Shown piece by piece: positions 53,868-61,888 of a stretch of 64,000 bases of DNA. The notes beneath the pieces are model-generated. The model searched no databases and was not told the origin of the DNA. It was given only the letters and a program-made list of their open reading frames with translations. A program made the translations under genes and the position numbers. This DNA comes from a virus (Duplodnaviria; Caudoviricetes), in the IMG/VR virus record IMGVR_UViG_2510065010_000001, positions 131,040 through 195,039 of that record; one strand, written 5' to 3'. Position 1 is the stretch's first letter. Every line of letters starts with the position of its first letter.

Positions 53868-55270
53868 GGCGGCACCCAATCAGGAATAAGAGATTCGTAG
53901 TTTGCGGAGCTAGGGAAAAGTTTTTCCCGCTCTCGTTCAATCTCGACATACGTTCTAGCAGATACGTTCTGCAGATTGGGTCCACTAGACGAACTACGTC
54001 CAGTGGCAGCACCGAGAACGTCTAATCGGGAGTGGATACATCCAGTGAGAGGATTGATGTGACTTCTCAAATCCATCGAGTAAAGCTTGCGTAACTGCTT
54101 ATACTCAATGACCAACTTCGCAAGTTCAGAAGCTTGTACTGCCTCGCATTCGGAATAATCAAGGATTTGTCGGTACAATTCCTCTTCATCCTGGTCAACA
54201 AACTCGGTTGCTCCCTCTTTTGCTATCTCTTCTGTTAAGTCAATAAATCTCTCTAAGACTTGCGTTTGAGAGTTATCTAGCTCTAAGCCCACTTGTTTAT
54301 TAATTAACTCTTTTAGAATTTGAGGGTTGTTAAGAGCTTTGTACGATCGCTGAGTAGGTAACTTCGTGTCTCCCCAAAAAGAAGGCTCAGTATCTAACCC
54401 AAACTTTACGCACAACTTACTAGCAACTGTAGTTAAAGCTCCTTCTCCGGTGCTTGGGTCCTGGATAGATTTTTGAATTTGGTCAAAGATTTCACGCGAA
54501 GCTGGCAACCCGTTGTATTCCATCTCAGCAGCTACTACTGCCATCTTCATTTCTAATGGCAAGATAGCACTCATGCCTAATCCATGTGAACCTTCAACCC
54601 CATCAGCAAGAATTGGACTGTAAGGTAACGGGTCACAGATGACCTTCAAAAACAAGTCATGTAAATCAAACAGATACTTAACGTCGTTAGCTGCGTACTT
54701 CAACTTATCAAAAACCCAGTATTTATAACCCTCTGACTCTCGATTAGTAAAATCTGGACGTGCATACCAGTCTGTCGTCTGTTCTGCACCTTTTCCTACC
54801 AGGTTAATACCTAAGTAATCTCGGCATAGGTCTGCTAACGTATGCCCACACAATTTACCGTATTTACTACCTGTGGCATTTGTTATTAACTTCGCCATCA
54901 GTCTAGTACACCAGAGGTTTGAAGGTACTATGCCGTAGTGTCGCTTAAGGAACTTTCCGTCGAACTGAGCGTTATGAAAGATCAGTTTTTTACGGGACAC
55001 GAGTAAATCATGCATTAGCTGCGGATTATACCCGTTACGTTCTAGAAGAAGAATGTCAAACACGATAGGCACATCGTCTCTGCCCTGTAAAGTTAGCACA
55101 CTTATCCTTCCTGTATGAGGGTCTAATGCACTCGCTCCTTTTAGGTGACGATATTGAGGTAAAGTATACGTCTCTGAATCCCCTGCTAATTCCTCAAAGG
55201 ATTCTAGATGGTCAACGAAAAGACAGTACTCATCACGTTCTGTAACATAAACGAACTCATCTTTACTCAT
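53855..55270 (-). CDS. polA: family A DNA polymerase, N-terminal subunit (3'-5' exonuclease, thumb, start of palm)
   Basis: ExoI DSET, ExoII HNAQFD, ExoIII YAAND, EYNG, GCIH...ATGRSSSSGPNLQN. Confidence 0.9.
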   Translation of the reverse strand: MSKDEFVYVTERDEYCLFVDHLESFEELAGDSETYTLPQYRHLKGASALDPHTGRISVLTLQGRDDVPIVFDILLLERNGYNPQLMHDLLVSRKKLIFHNAQFDGKFLKRHYGIVPSNLWCTRLMAKLITNATGSKYGKLCGHTLADLCRDYLGINLVGKGAEQTTDWYARPDFTNRESEGYKYWVFDKLKYAANDVKYLFDLHDLFLKVICDPLPYSPILADGVEGSHGLGMSAILPLEMKMAVVAAEMEYNGLPASREIFDQIQKSIQDPSTGEGALTTVASKLCVKFGLDTEPSFWGDTKLPTQRSYKALNNPQILKELINKQVGLELDNSQTQVLERFIDLTEEIAKEGATEFVDQDEEELYRQILDYSECEAVQASELAKLVIEYKQLRKLYSMDLRSHINPLTGCIHSRLDVLGAATGRSSSSGPNLQNVSARTYVEIEREREKLFPSSANYESLIPDWVPPCKA

Positions 55271-55577
55271 ATGAGGTGATAAACGAATTAGGTGCAACAA
55301 CTTCTGGTATAGAGCTAATAAGACTTGTACTATCTGCCCTTACTTTGTCTCGTACAGTTTGGAAATCATCTGTTTCTGAGGCTTGTGCGGCTTGCTGAAC
55401 CTTCTCATCACGTTCTATTTGCAAGTCAGCAAGTCTAGCTTCAAACCATATCTGGGCAAATACACAACCTTGAAGATTTTTTATTAACTCCTCTTGCTGA
55501 CTACGTAACCTAACTTCAATAGCTTTTAACTGATTAATCTGCTCAGTGTATTCTTCAATTAGTAAAGTCTCTCTCAC
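55263..55577 (-). CDS. coiled-coil hypothetical protein
   Basis: 104-aa ORF. Confidence 0.5.
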   Translation of the reverse strand: MRETLLIEEYTEQINQLKAIEVRLRSQQEELIKNLQGCVFAQIWFEARLADLQIERDEKVQQAAQASETDDFQTVRDKVRADSTSLISSIPEVVAPNSFITSYE

Positions 55578-55598
55578 AGTAAACTCCGTAAATGAAAT

Positions 55599-55626
55599 GC
55601 CTCGATTAGAAAATTCTAATCGAGGC
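55599..55626 (-). terminator. hairpin downstream of recA
   Basis: GCCTCGATTAGAA/TTCTAATCGAGGC inverted repeat. Confidence 0.6.
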
Positions 55627-55652
55627 TAGCCACTACCACCAAGCTCACTATC

Positions 55653-57725
55653 CTATATAGGAAGCGTGATTAGGTGGTCGTATAATTTGTTGAAAATCTC
55701 TGGGTTGGCTTTTAGGAAAGCAGTAACGCTATCGATGCCTTGTCCAATTTTGGACTCTACTCCATATTGAGTTGCAACTTCGTCGCTGAATTTATACCAG
55801 GACCCAGATCTGTTGACCAGTCCGGCATAGACTAGTTCTCCAGCTAACACGTCTTCAGGAACAATGCCATCTGCTTTATAGATGTTTACGTCAACACTTT
55901 CCCGTACAGAACCATTGGTGTGATTTTTTTGGATTTTTACTTGAGTAATTTGACCTTTAATAAATCCATCTTTAGTTTTGATAGCTTCCTTCTTCATAAG
56001 TTGAAGCCGCAAAGATGGCATGTGCCTTGCTCCATGCCCACCTGGAGTTCCAGTGGAATTGTGCACATTGATTCCGTACAAGTTGCCAGCAAAATAATTG
56101 TGAGTATCCGCCACTTCCAGATCGTACATTGTTTGCTCACCAATATTGGCTTTTGAAACCCCTGTAATAGTCAGGTGGCGAGGTACAACTTGTTGGTCTA
56201 TCAACCAAGTTTTAGGAGTGTTTAAGCGCTCAACTTCTAAATGCAAAGCATCCTGAGCAAACGTTGGTACCCAATCCTTAATAAGTTCTGATAACTTCTT
56301 AAAGGCATTTTGAGTGAGAAGAATCCCTTCTTGGCTAGACACGATGAGAATTTCAGATGCCTCGCACTCTATGAAATCTACCCACATTTTGTGGGCACGT
56401 TCTGTATCTGCCTTAGCTCGATACTGCTTAAATAGATGGTCGAGCCTGATGAAAAAGGTATTTTGGTCTGTCGATAGTTTTGGCTTTACTACGTTTGCTA
56501 CAAACCAGGCAGTTGCCATCTGTGGGGTTAAACCCAACTGTCGAGGTATAGTTCTAACTAGTTTATGAGATGGATCAGCAATGTAATATTGCTTTTTGAA
56601 TATTGCCATCTCCTCGTCTTGCCGAGAACGTCGCATAACTCGGTTGTTATGCTCATTTGTTCTCAGCTCTAGTAGTTCTTCTAGAAGTGAATTAATCCAC
56701 TCATTAAACCTTGGGTCAAGATTACTTGCGGTGTAGCAAAGTCTTGCTGTGCCAAGTTTAGTTTGTTCCAAATAGAACAAGCCTGAGAGCAATAAACCGT
56801 GTAACAATCCATACCCATCTGGGCTTGCAGTAATAGAAGTATACGCAGATGTGACAACATCATCCGGTTTTAACTGAGCAGATGGTAGATCACCCCGATT
56901 AATGGTAGGGACTATATGATCGTGCGTAGTTACTAAACGTCCAGGCATTTCTAAAAACTGAACAGCAATCCAATCTTTAGACTTACCGTTGATAAACCAG
57001 TTGGTGACTGGTTTTGAAACAATTTTACCCGTATCTATGTCTTTAGACAGTACATTTACTGAAAGTTTTTCTCTAACTACGGTTTCTATCGATTTTCGGG
57101 TTCCATCACTTAACGAGATTTTCATACTTGCTGGAAGACATCCACCCCCTGGACCACCAATACTAGACCGGATTTGGTTTGTAAAAACTAGAATACCCTG
57201 GTTGTCGTCTACTACTGGCACGAGCAAACTTTTAGCGTGGTTAATAAATCGGGAGAGGTAAGCAACACCTCTGGACTCGTCAATGCTTTTAGCCAAAATG
57301 TCAGATGGAACTAATGCTTCTATTGAGTCTAGAAAAGCAATTCTATGCTCACCTGATTTGAAAAATTCGATTAGAATTTCTATCGCTTCTTCGGCTGTAG
57401 GTGGCTTAGCATAGAAAAAATCGGATAGTTGAAATCTTTCCCTAGTGTTATTTGAGAAAGCTTTCCTCTCCATATCTAAGTACATTCCGATCCAACCTTG
57501 CTTTTGGGCGGCACTTAGAATTGCAAAACAAGTACTGCTTTTGCCTGCGTCAGGTCCACCATAAATCTCTGTGATTCTACCGATAGGTAACCCACCACCC
57601 AATGTTCTATCCAGTGAAATAATATTTGTACGTAAAAATTTGAGTTTAGGGTAGTCTCCAAACTTTACGTAACTCTGTTTAGCAAATAAATTTTGAACTG
57701 TACTAATTTCAGATAGCTCTACCAT
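55653..57725 (-). CDS. recA: RecA-family recombinase with intein
   Basis: SLD..LGGGLP.GRITEIYG..AGKS, LDSIEAL, FTNQIR, TPGG. Confidence 0.92.
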   Translation of the reverse strand: MVELSEISTVQNLFAKQSYVKFGDYPKLKFLRTNIISLDRTLGGGLPIGRITEIYGGPDAGKSSTCFAILSAAQKQGWIGMYLDMERKAFSNNTRERFQLSDFFYAKPPTAEEAIEILIEFFKSGEHRIAFLDSIEALVPSDILAKSIDESRGVAYLSRFINHAKSLLVPVVDDNQGILVFTNQIRSSIGGPGGGCLPASMKISLSDGTRKSIETVVREKLSVNVLSKDIDTGKIVSKPVTNWFINGKSKDWIAVQFLEMPGRLVTTHDHIVPTINRGDLPSAQLKPDDVVTSAYTSITASPDGYGLLHGLLLSGLFYLEQTKLGTARLCYTASNLDPRFNEWINSLLEELLELRTNEHNNRVMRRSRQDEEMAIFKKQYYIADPSHKLVRTIPRQLGLTPQMATAWFVANVVKPKLSTDQNTFFIRLDHLFKQYRAKADTERAHKMWVDFIECEASEILIVSSQEGILLTQNAFKKLSELIKDWVPTFAQDALHLEVERLNTPKTWLIDQQVVPRHLTITGVSKANIGEQTMYDLEVADTHNYFAGNLYGINVHNSTGTPGGHGARHMPSLRLQLMKKEAIKTKDGFIKGQITQVKIQKNHTNGSVRESVDVNIYKADGIVPEDVLAGELVYAGLVNRSGSWYKFSDEVATQYGVESKIGQGIDSVTAFLKANPEIFNKLYDHLITLPI
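56058..57140 (-). mobile_element. intein in RecA loop L2 (361 aa), endonuclease apparently degenerate
   Basis: Starts CLPASMK; block B TTHDH; ends MYDLEV..THNYFA...VHN before Ser. Confidence 0.9.
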
Positions 57726-57758
57726 GTTTTCTCACGAGAATGTTAAAAAATACTATTC

Positions 57759-58238
57759 TTACGAACAGCCGTATTTCACTTGAAGTAATGCAAGATAGTC
57801 AGCTGTGACAGTAAAGCTCTCTTGTACTTCGCGTGTGACCACTTTTATTAATGCTTCTAGCGTTTGTCTTACTCTAAGCAAAACAACTTGTCTGCTTTCT
57901 TCGTAAGACAGGTCATACGTCTCTTGCAGACGTAAGGCAAAAGTATCTATTATTGCTAAATTTTTAGAAATGTTCAGGACATAAAGCAACAACTCTAAGC
58001 TTTCAAGTAAGTCCTCAGATAACCAATACCGAACATTTGACATTAATGCTCGGTCAATTGTTCGGTATTCCTGGGTAGCTATATCACTAGCTAAAAGTAT
58101 AACTTCCCCAATGGTTCGATTTCCTGTAAGAAGAATGGCTCTTAAACTTTCTAATAAACGCAATAATTCAGGCTGTTCGTACTCAAAGTTTATTAACTGG
58201 TCAATAATTTTGTCGGAGGTTCTTGTTGATGTTTTCAT
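57759..58238 (-). CDS. hypothetical protein
   Basis: 159-aa helical ORF. Confidence 0.55.
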   Translation of the reverse strand: MKTSTRTSDKIIDQLINFEYEQPELLRLLESLRAILLTGNRTIGEVILLASDIATQEYRTIDRALMSNVRYWLSEDLLESLELLLYVLNISKNLAIIDTFALRLQETYDLSYEESRQVVLLRVRQTLEALIKVVTREVQESFTVTADYLALLQVKYGCS

Positions 58239-58259
58239 GTTCGTGCATGGTAATATCGC

Positions 58260-58814
58260 CTACTCCTGCATAGCAGCAATCCCTCTTTCGGCTAAAGAAA
58301 GAAGGTTAGAGTAAGCGTCTAAAGTCAGAATTACAACTGTTTCAGACTGTTTTTCCACGGTAACCACCCAGGTGGTGATTCCCTGCGCACGACCTTTTTC
58401 AAACTCAGCGCTGCTGATGCCAAAACTACGACCAGTAATCCGTAGTTTTGCGTCAGCACGAAAGTAACTATCTAATATTGAAAAGTCCCCGTCTCCAAAT
58501 ATAGCTCCAGATTTCGAGGTTTTTTGAATTATCTTGTTTTTTATTTTATCTTCATTCTTCAGCCCCCTTTTTGTGAACCTACTGTTAGGGGATTCTTTAC
58601 GTCTTGATTTTATAGCCACTTTCTCAGACTTAACTGTTTTGCGGTGATCTTCTAAAAACTCTTGATGCGGGTGTTTAAGTAACTCAGACTCAACGACGGG
58701 GTTATATAAAAGCTTACCCGTCAGTTTTCCATTACCTGCACTACATATATTACAGAGCCTTAAACGGTTTTTACAATTTTGGTAAAAATCGACTGGGCAG
58801 CGTTCTAATTGCAT
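58260..58814 (-). CDS. putative PD-(D/E)xK nuclease/resolvase with N-terminal Cys cluster
   Basis: C......C......C..C; G..NE...SGA..GDGD....ADAK. Confidence 0.55.
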   Translation of the reverse strand: MQLERCPVDFYQNCKNRLRLCNICSAGNGKLTGKLLYNPVVESELLKHPHQEFLEDHRKTVKSEKVAIKSRRKESPNSRFTKRGLKNEDKIKNKIIQKTSKSGAIFGDGDFSILDSYFRADAKLRITGRSFGISSAEFEKGRAQGITTWVVTVEKQSETVVILTLDAYSNLLSLAERGIAAMQE

Positions 58815-58843
58815 ACATATACTCTGTTACTTTGAGTTAGCCT
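58814..58843 (+). promoter_or_regulatory. candidate late promoter TACATA-N18-TAGCCT
   Basis: Same spacing as 2161 and 21631; upstream of the isolated + strand gene 58866. Confidence 0.5.
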
Positions 58844-58865
58844 AAACTAAACAATTTGGTGGGCT

Positions 58866-59243
58866 ATGAGCTATCTTTTGACGGGAACTGCTAGTGTACA
58901 AGCGTTGTCCGGCGCACAAGATTTTCAGACTTTAGTAAAGTACTCCCTGTCTGCCTTAGAGGTAGACAGCAGCCTAGTCATTCCGGTCACACTTGCACCT
59001 AATACTCCATTCACTATTCCCCTGACTTCCTTACAGGAAGTGCAAGTCATTGTAGTCAAGTCAAAGACCGTTACACCTGTTGAAGTAAGCCTGTTCCAAA
59101 CCACCGGAGTTGATACTTGGACAGGACTTCCTTCGCAATTTCAAATGTTTGTAAGATCAGATGCAGTCGTTGTTACTCAACTTAAACTTAGGAGTACTGC
59201 TGTAACTGCCGTGGAGGTAATCGTAGCTGGTAAATTCACTTAG
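58866..59243 (+). CDS. small beta-rich putative virion protein
   Basis: Val/Thr-rich; preceded by the late-promoter-like motif. Confidence 0.5.
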   Translation: MSYLLTGTASVQALSGAQDFQTLVKYSLSALEVDSSLVIPVTLAPNTPFTIPLTSLQEVQVIVVKSKTVTPVEVSLFQTTGVDTWTGLPSQFQMFVRSDAVVVTQLKLRSTAVTAVEVIVAGKFT

Positions 59244-59919
59244 AAACATTAAACGTCTGTTTAATAGTTTTTCGAGTAGTTTCTGTTGCTAATGAGATAC
59301 ATTCATTTATTTCTTTTTTTGTCAAGCTAGCGTAAAAATTCTTTGCGAATTCTCGACAGTCTTCCAATAACAATACGTGATTTAAGTCATAAGGTACTCT
59401 TGAGTCTGTTTGTAGGTATCGGAAACCACATACAAAGGCTGCTGCTGCAACCACACTTTTTGGGTGTGATAAGACTAGTCCATAACTTAAATCTGGAAAA
59501 TAATCCCCAAACACGTCATCCACTTGTTGCCACCGAAACTCATCCGTGGTTAGCCAACAACATAATGCCGTGGGTAAATTTACTCTGTCTGCATCTGCTT
59601 CCATCAATCTACAGATTAACAAACCTTCTGGATTACCTGCCATTTGACGTTCTTCGGAAGTTTCAGTCGCGACTTTTGACACTACTAGCTGCATTAGATA
59701 AAAACATTCAAAATACTTTTGCAAAACAAATTTATTACTGGGTAGATGATACAAACCACCCTTATCATTTCTCGCCCAACTGGTTTCTTCAGGGCGTAAA
59801 AACAGGATGCCTTGTCTTTGAGAAAGGCAAATATCTACAAAGAATTGCCGCATAACGGACCACCGACTCATCTCTTGGAACTTATCAAGTAGATGATCTA
59901 ACTGATTCTGATTCTCCAT
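59236..59919 (-). CDS. hypothetical protein
   Basis: 227-aa ORF. Confidence 0.55.
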   Translation of the reverse strand: MENQNQLDHLLDKFQEMSRWSVMRQFFVDICLSQRQGILFLRPEETSWARNDKGGLYHLPSNKFVLQKYFECFYLMQLVVSKVATETSEERQMAGNPEGLLICRLMEADADRVNLPTALCCWLTTDEFRWQQVDDVFGDYFPDLSYGLVLSHPKSVVAAAAFVCGFRYLQTDSRVPYDLNHVLLLEDCREFAKNFYASLTKKEINECISLATETTRKTIKQTFNVSK

Positions 59920-59927
59920 GAAGACGA

Positions 59928-60596
59928 ATGAAAGATAACGACAACAAAAACAGATTCAAATTAACCTGTGATCAGAAAAAACTGGCGCAAAGTATCTGGC
60001 AAAACGACATTACTCTGGCGTTTGGAAGTGCTGGTACGGGTAAGACCGCAACCACACTGCAAACTTTTTTGGATCTTATGTCACACAATCACATCAATAA
60101 AATTGTTTGTGTGCGTTTGATAAGTGACACCTTTGACGAGCATCTTGGCGCTTTACCAGGAGATAAAGACGAAAAACTAACTCCCTTTCTTGGTCCATTA
60201 ATGGACAACCTTACTCAATTATTAAAGCCAGGACCATTAGAATACCTTCTAAACAAGAATCAAATAGAAGTTATCCCTGTTAGTCACGTCCGAGGACGTA
60301 CCTTTTTTCAATGCGGAGTGATCGTTGATGAATGTCAGAACATGTCTGACGAAATGATCTTGACGATCGCTACTCGTATTGGAGAAGGAAGCCGTATGGT
60401 TTTCTGCGGTGACCCGATGCAGAGAGATTTCAGAGGACGAAATGGGATAGCCTATGCCTGTCGTCTATTTAATAACATTGAAGGTGTTGGTGTCGTACAT
60501 CTACCAGACCAAAATATTTGCCGCCATCCTTTAATCAAAGACATTCTAAAACAAGCTAAGGCACTTGCTGCAAATGAAGTAGAAACTAGTAAATAA
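59928..60596 (+). CDS. phoH: PhoH-family ATPase
   Basis: GSAGTGKT, LGALPG, RGRTF, VDECQN, TRIGEGS, GDPMQ, RHPL. Confidence 0.93.
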   Translation: MKDNDNKNRFKLTCDQKKLAQSIWQNDITLAFGSAGTGKTATTLQTFLDLMSHNHINKIVCVRLISDTFDEHLGALPGDKDEKLTPFLGPLMDNLTQLLKPGPLEYLLNKNQIEVIPVSHVRGRTFFQCGVIVDECQNMSDEMILTIATRIGEGSRMVFCGDPMQRDFRGRNGIAYACRLFNNIEGVGVVHLPDQNICRHPLIKDILKQAKALAANEVETSK

Positions 60597-60629
60597 TCGA
60601 GTACGCAGCAAACCTTATTAAAGATTTGA

Positions 60630-61799
60630 ATGGAGGGGACTACATTCCCCTCCGTTTTAATGTTAATTGAAAAAATCAAGTCACGGCTTCAAACTCCTAC
60701 TTTACTGGAAGACGTAGCTTCAGAATTTAAGATTTCACCGGGGGCAGCTCTAGATATTGCCTTTTCCCTTGGAGCGAAGTTGGCAGACAGTACCCTGAGC
60801 TTTAATAAAAGCTCGTTACTCCTTGGTCTTCAAAAACAAAATAGAGAGTTAAAGCAAGAGCTTTTAGAGCAAACAAGACTTAATAAACTAATAAGCCTTG
60901 AGTTAGAAGCCGCTGAAAGTAGAAATCATCTACTAGACACACTTCATACAAATAGTGGAGGTCCTACTCTAAAAATTCCTGCTACTGATTTAGAAGAAGC
61001 AACTGCAATCATCCTCGCCTCAGATTGGCATGTGGGTGAAAGAGTTGACCGTAAAACCACTAATGGGTTAAATGAGTTTAATCCTGATATAGCTACTAAA
61101 CGAGCTGGCAAGTTCTTTGCAAACGCTTGCAAATTGATAGAAAAGGAAAGACATAGCGTTCCGATTAACCACGCTATTCTATGGCTTGGTGGTGACCTGA
61201 TCACAGGGTATATACACGAAGAGCTACAAGAATCAAACTACTTATCTCCTGTTGAAGAAAGTTTACTAGTTCAAGATCTAGTAAGTGATGGTATTTCTTA
61301 CTTATTAAAATACGTCGATAAAATAACAGTTATTTGCTCCTACGGAAATCACGGTCGTACCGAGAAGAAAAAGCGGATTAGCACAGGAGCTAAAAATAGC
61401 TATGAATGGTTACTTTATCAACAATTAGCGCACAGAATCAAATCGGTGGACTGGCATGTGGGAAGTGGATACTTCTCTTATTTACAACTTTACGACCAAG
61501 TAATCCGCTTTCATCATGGTGACGGGATTAAGTATCACGGAGGTATCGGAGGGGTAACAGTTCCACTTATTAAATTTGTTAATCGTTGTAACACACAAAC
61601 TAAAGCGACATTAGATGTAGTGGGACATTTTCACACTCTTACTTTTCATAACCAGTTTATTGTAAACGGGTCTTTAATTGGCATGACTCCTTACGCAATG
61701 CAGATTGGTTGCTCGTATGAAAGACCACAACAAGGGTTTCTGGTTGTAGAACAAAAGCATGGAATAACCAGTCAGGCTCCTATTCTGGTTGAAGACTGA
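60630..61799 (+). CDS. calcineurin-like metallophosphoesterase with N-terminal coiled coil
   Basis: SDWH, GGDLI, GNHGR, HHGD, GHFH. Confidence 0.85.
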   Translation: MEGTTFPSVLMLIEKIKSRLQTPTLLEDVASEFKISPGAALDIAFSLGAKLADSTLSFNKSSLLLGLQKQNRELKQELLEQTRLNKLISLELEAAESRNHLLDTLHTNSGGPTLKIPATDLEEATAIILASDWHVGERVDRKTTNGLNEFNPDIATKRAGKFFANACKLIEKERHSVPINHAILWLGGDLITGYIHEELQESNYLSPVEESLLVQDLVSDGISYLLKYVDKITVICSYGNHGRTEKKKRISTGAKNSYEWLLYQQLAHRIKSVDWHVGSGYFSYLQLYDQVIRFHHGDGIKYHGGIGGVTVPLIKFVNRCNTQTKATLDVVGHFHTLTFHNQFIVNGSLIGMTPYAMQIGCSYERPQQGFLVVEQKHGITSQAPILVED

Positions 61800-61832
61800 T
61801 TTTTTTGCGTTTATGCGCTCCAAATATCTGAG

Positions 61833-61862
61833 CACATAAGCGTTGAAAGAGCTTCTTAAAGT
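61833..61862 (+). promoter_or_regulatory. candidate late promoter CACATA-N18-TAAAGT
   Basis: Same spacing as the other copies; directly upstream of the tail fibre gene. Confidence 0.55.
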
Positions 61863-61888
61863 AGGGCTGTTCTGCATTTTGCCCTACT

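Noticed and set aside
53510-53990. Split intein or second intron joining the polA halves
   Set aside because: There is no Cys/Ser-initiated intein N-fragment and no HN-C/S/T C-fragment. No P/Q/R/S core is visible, and the gap is filled by two plausible ORFs.
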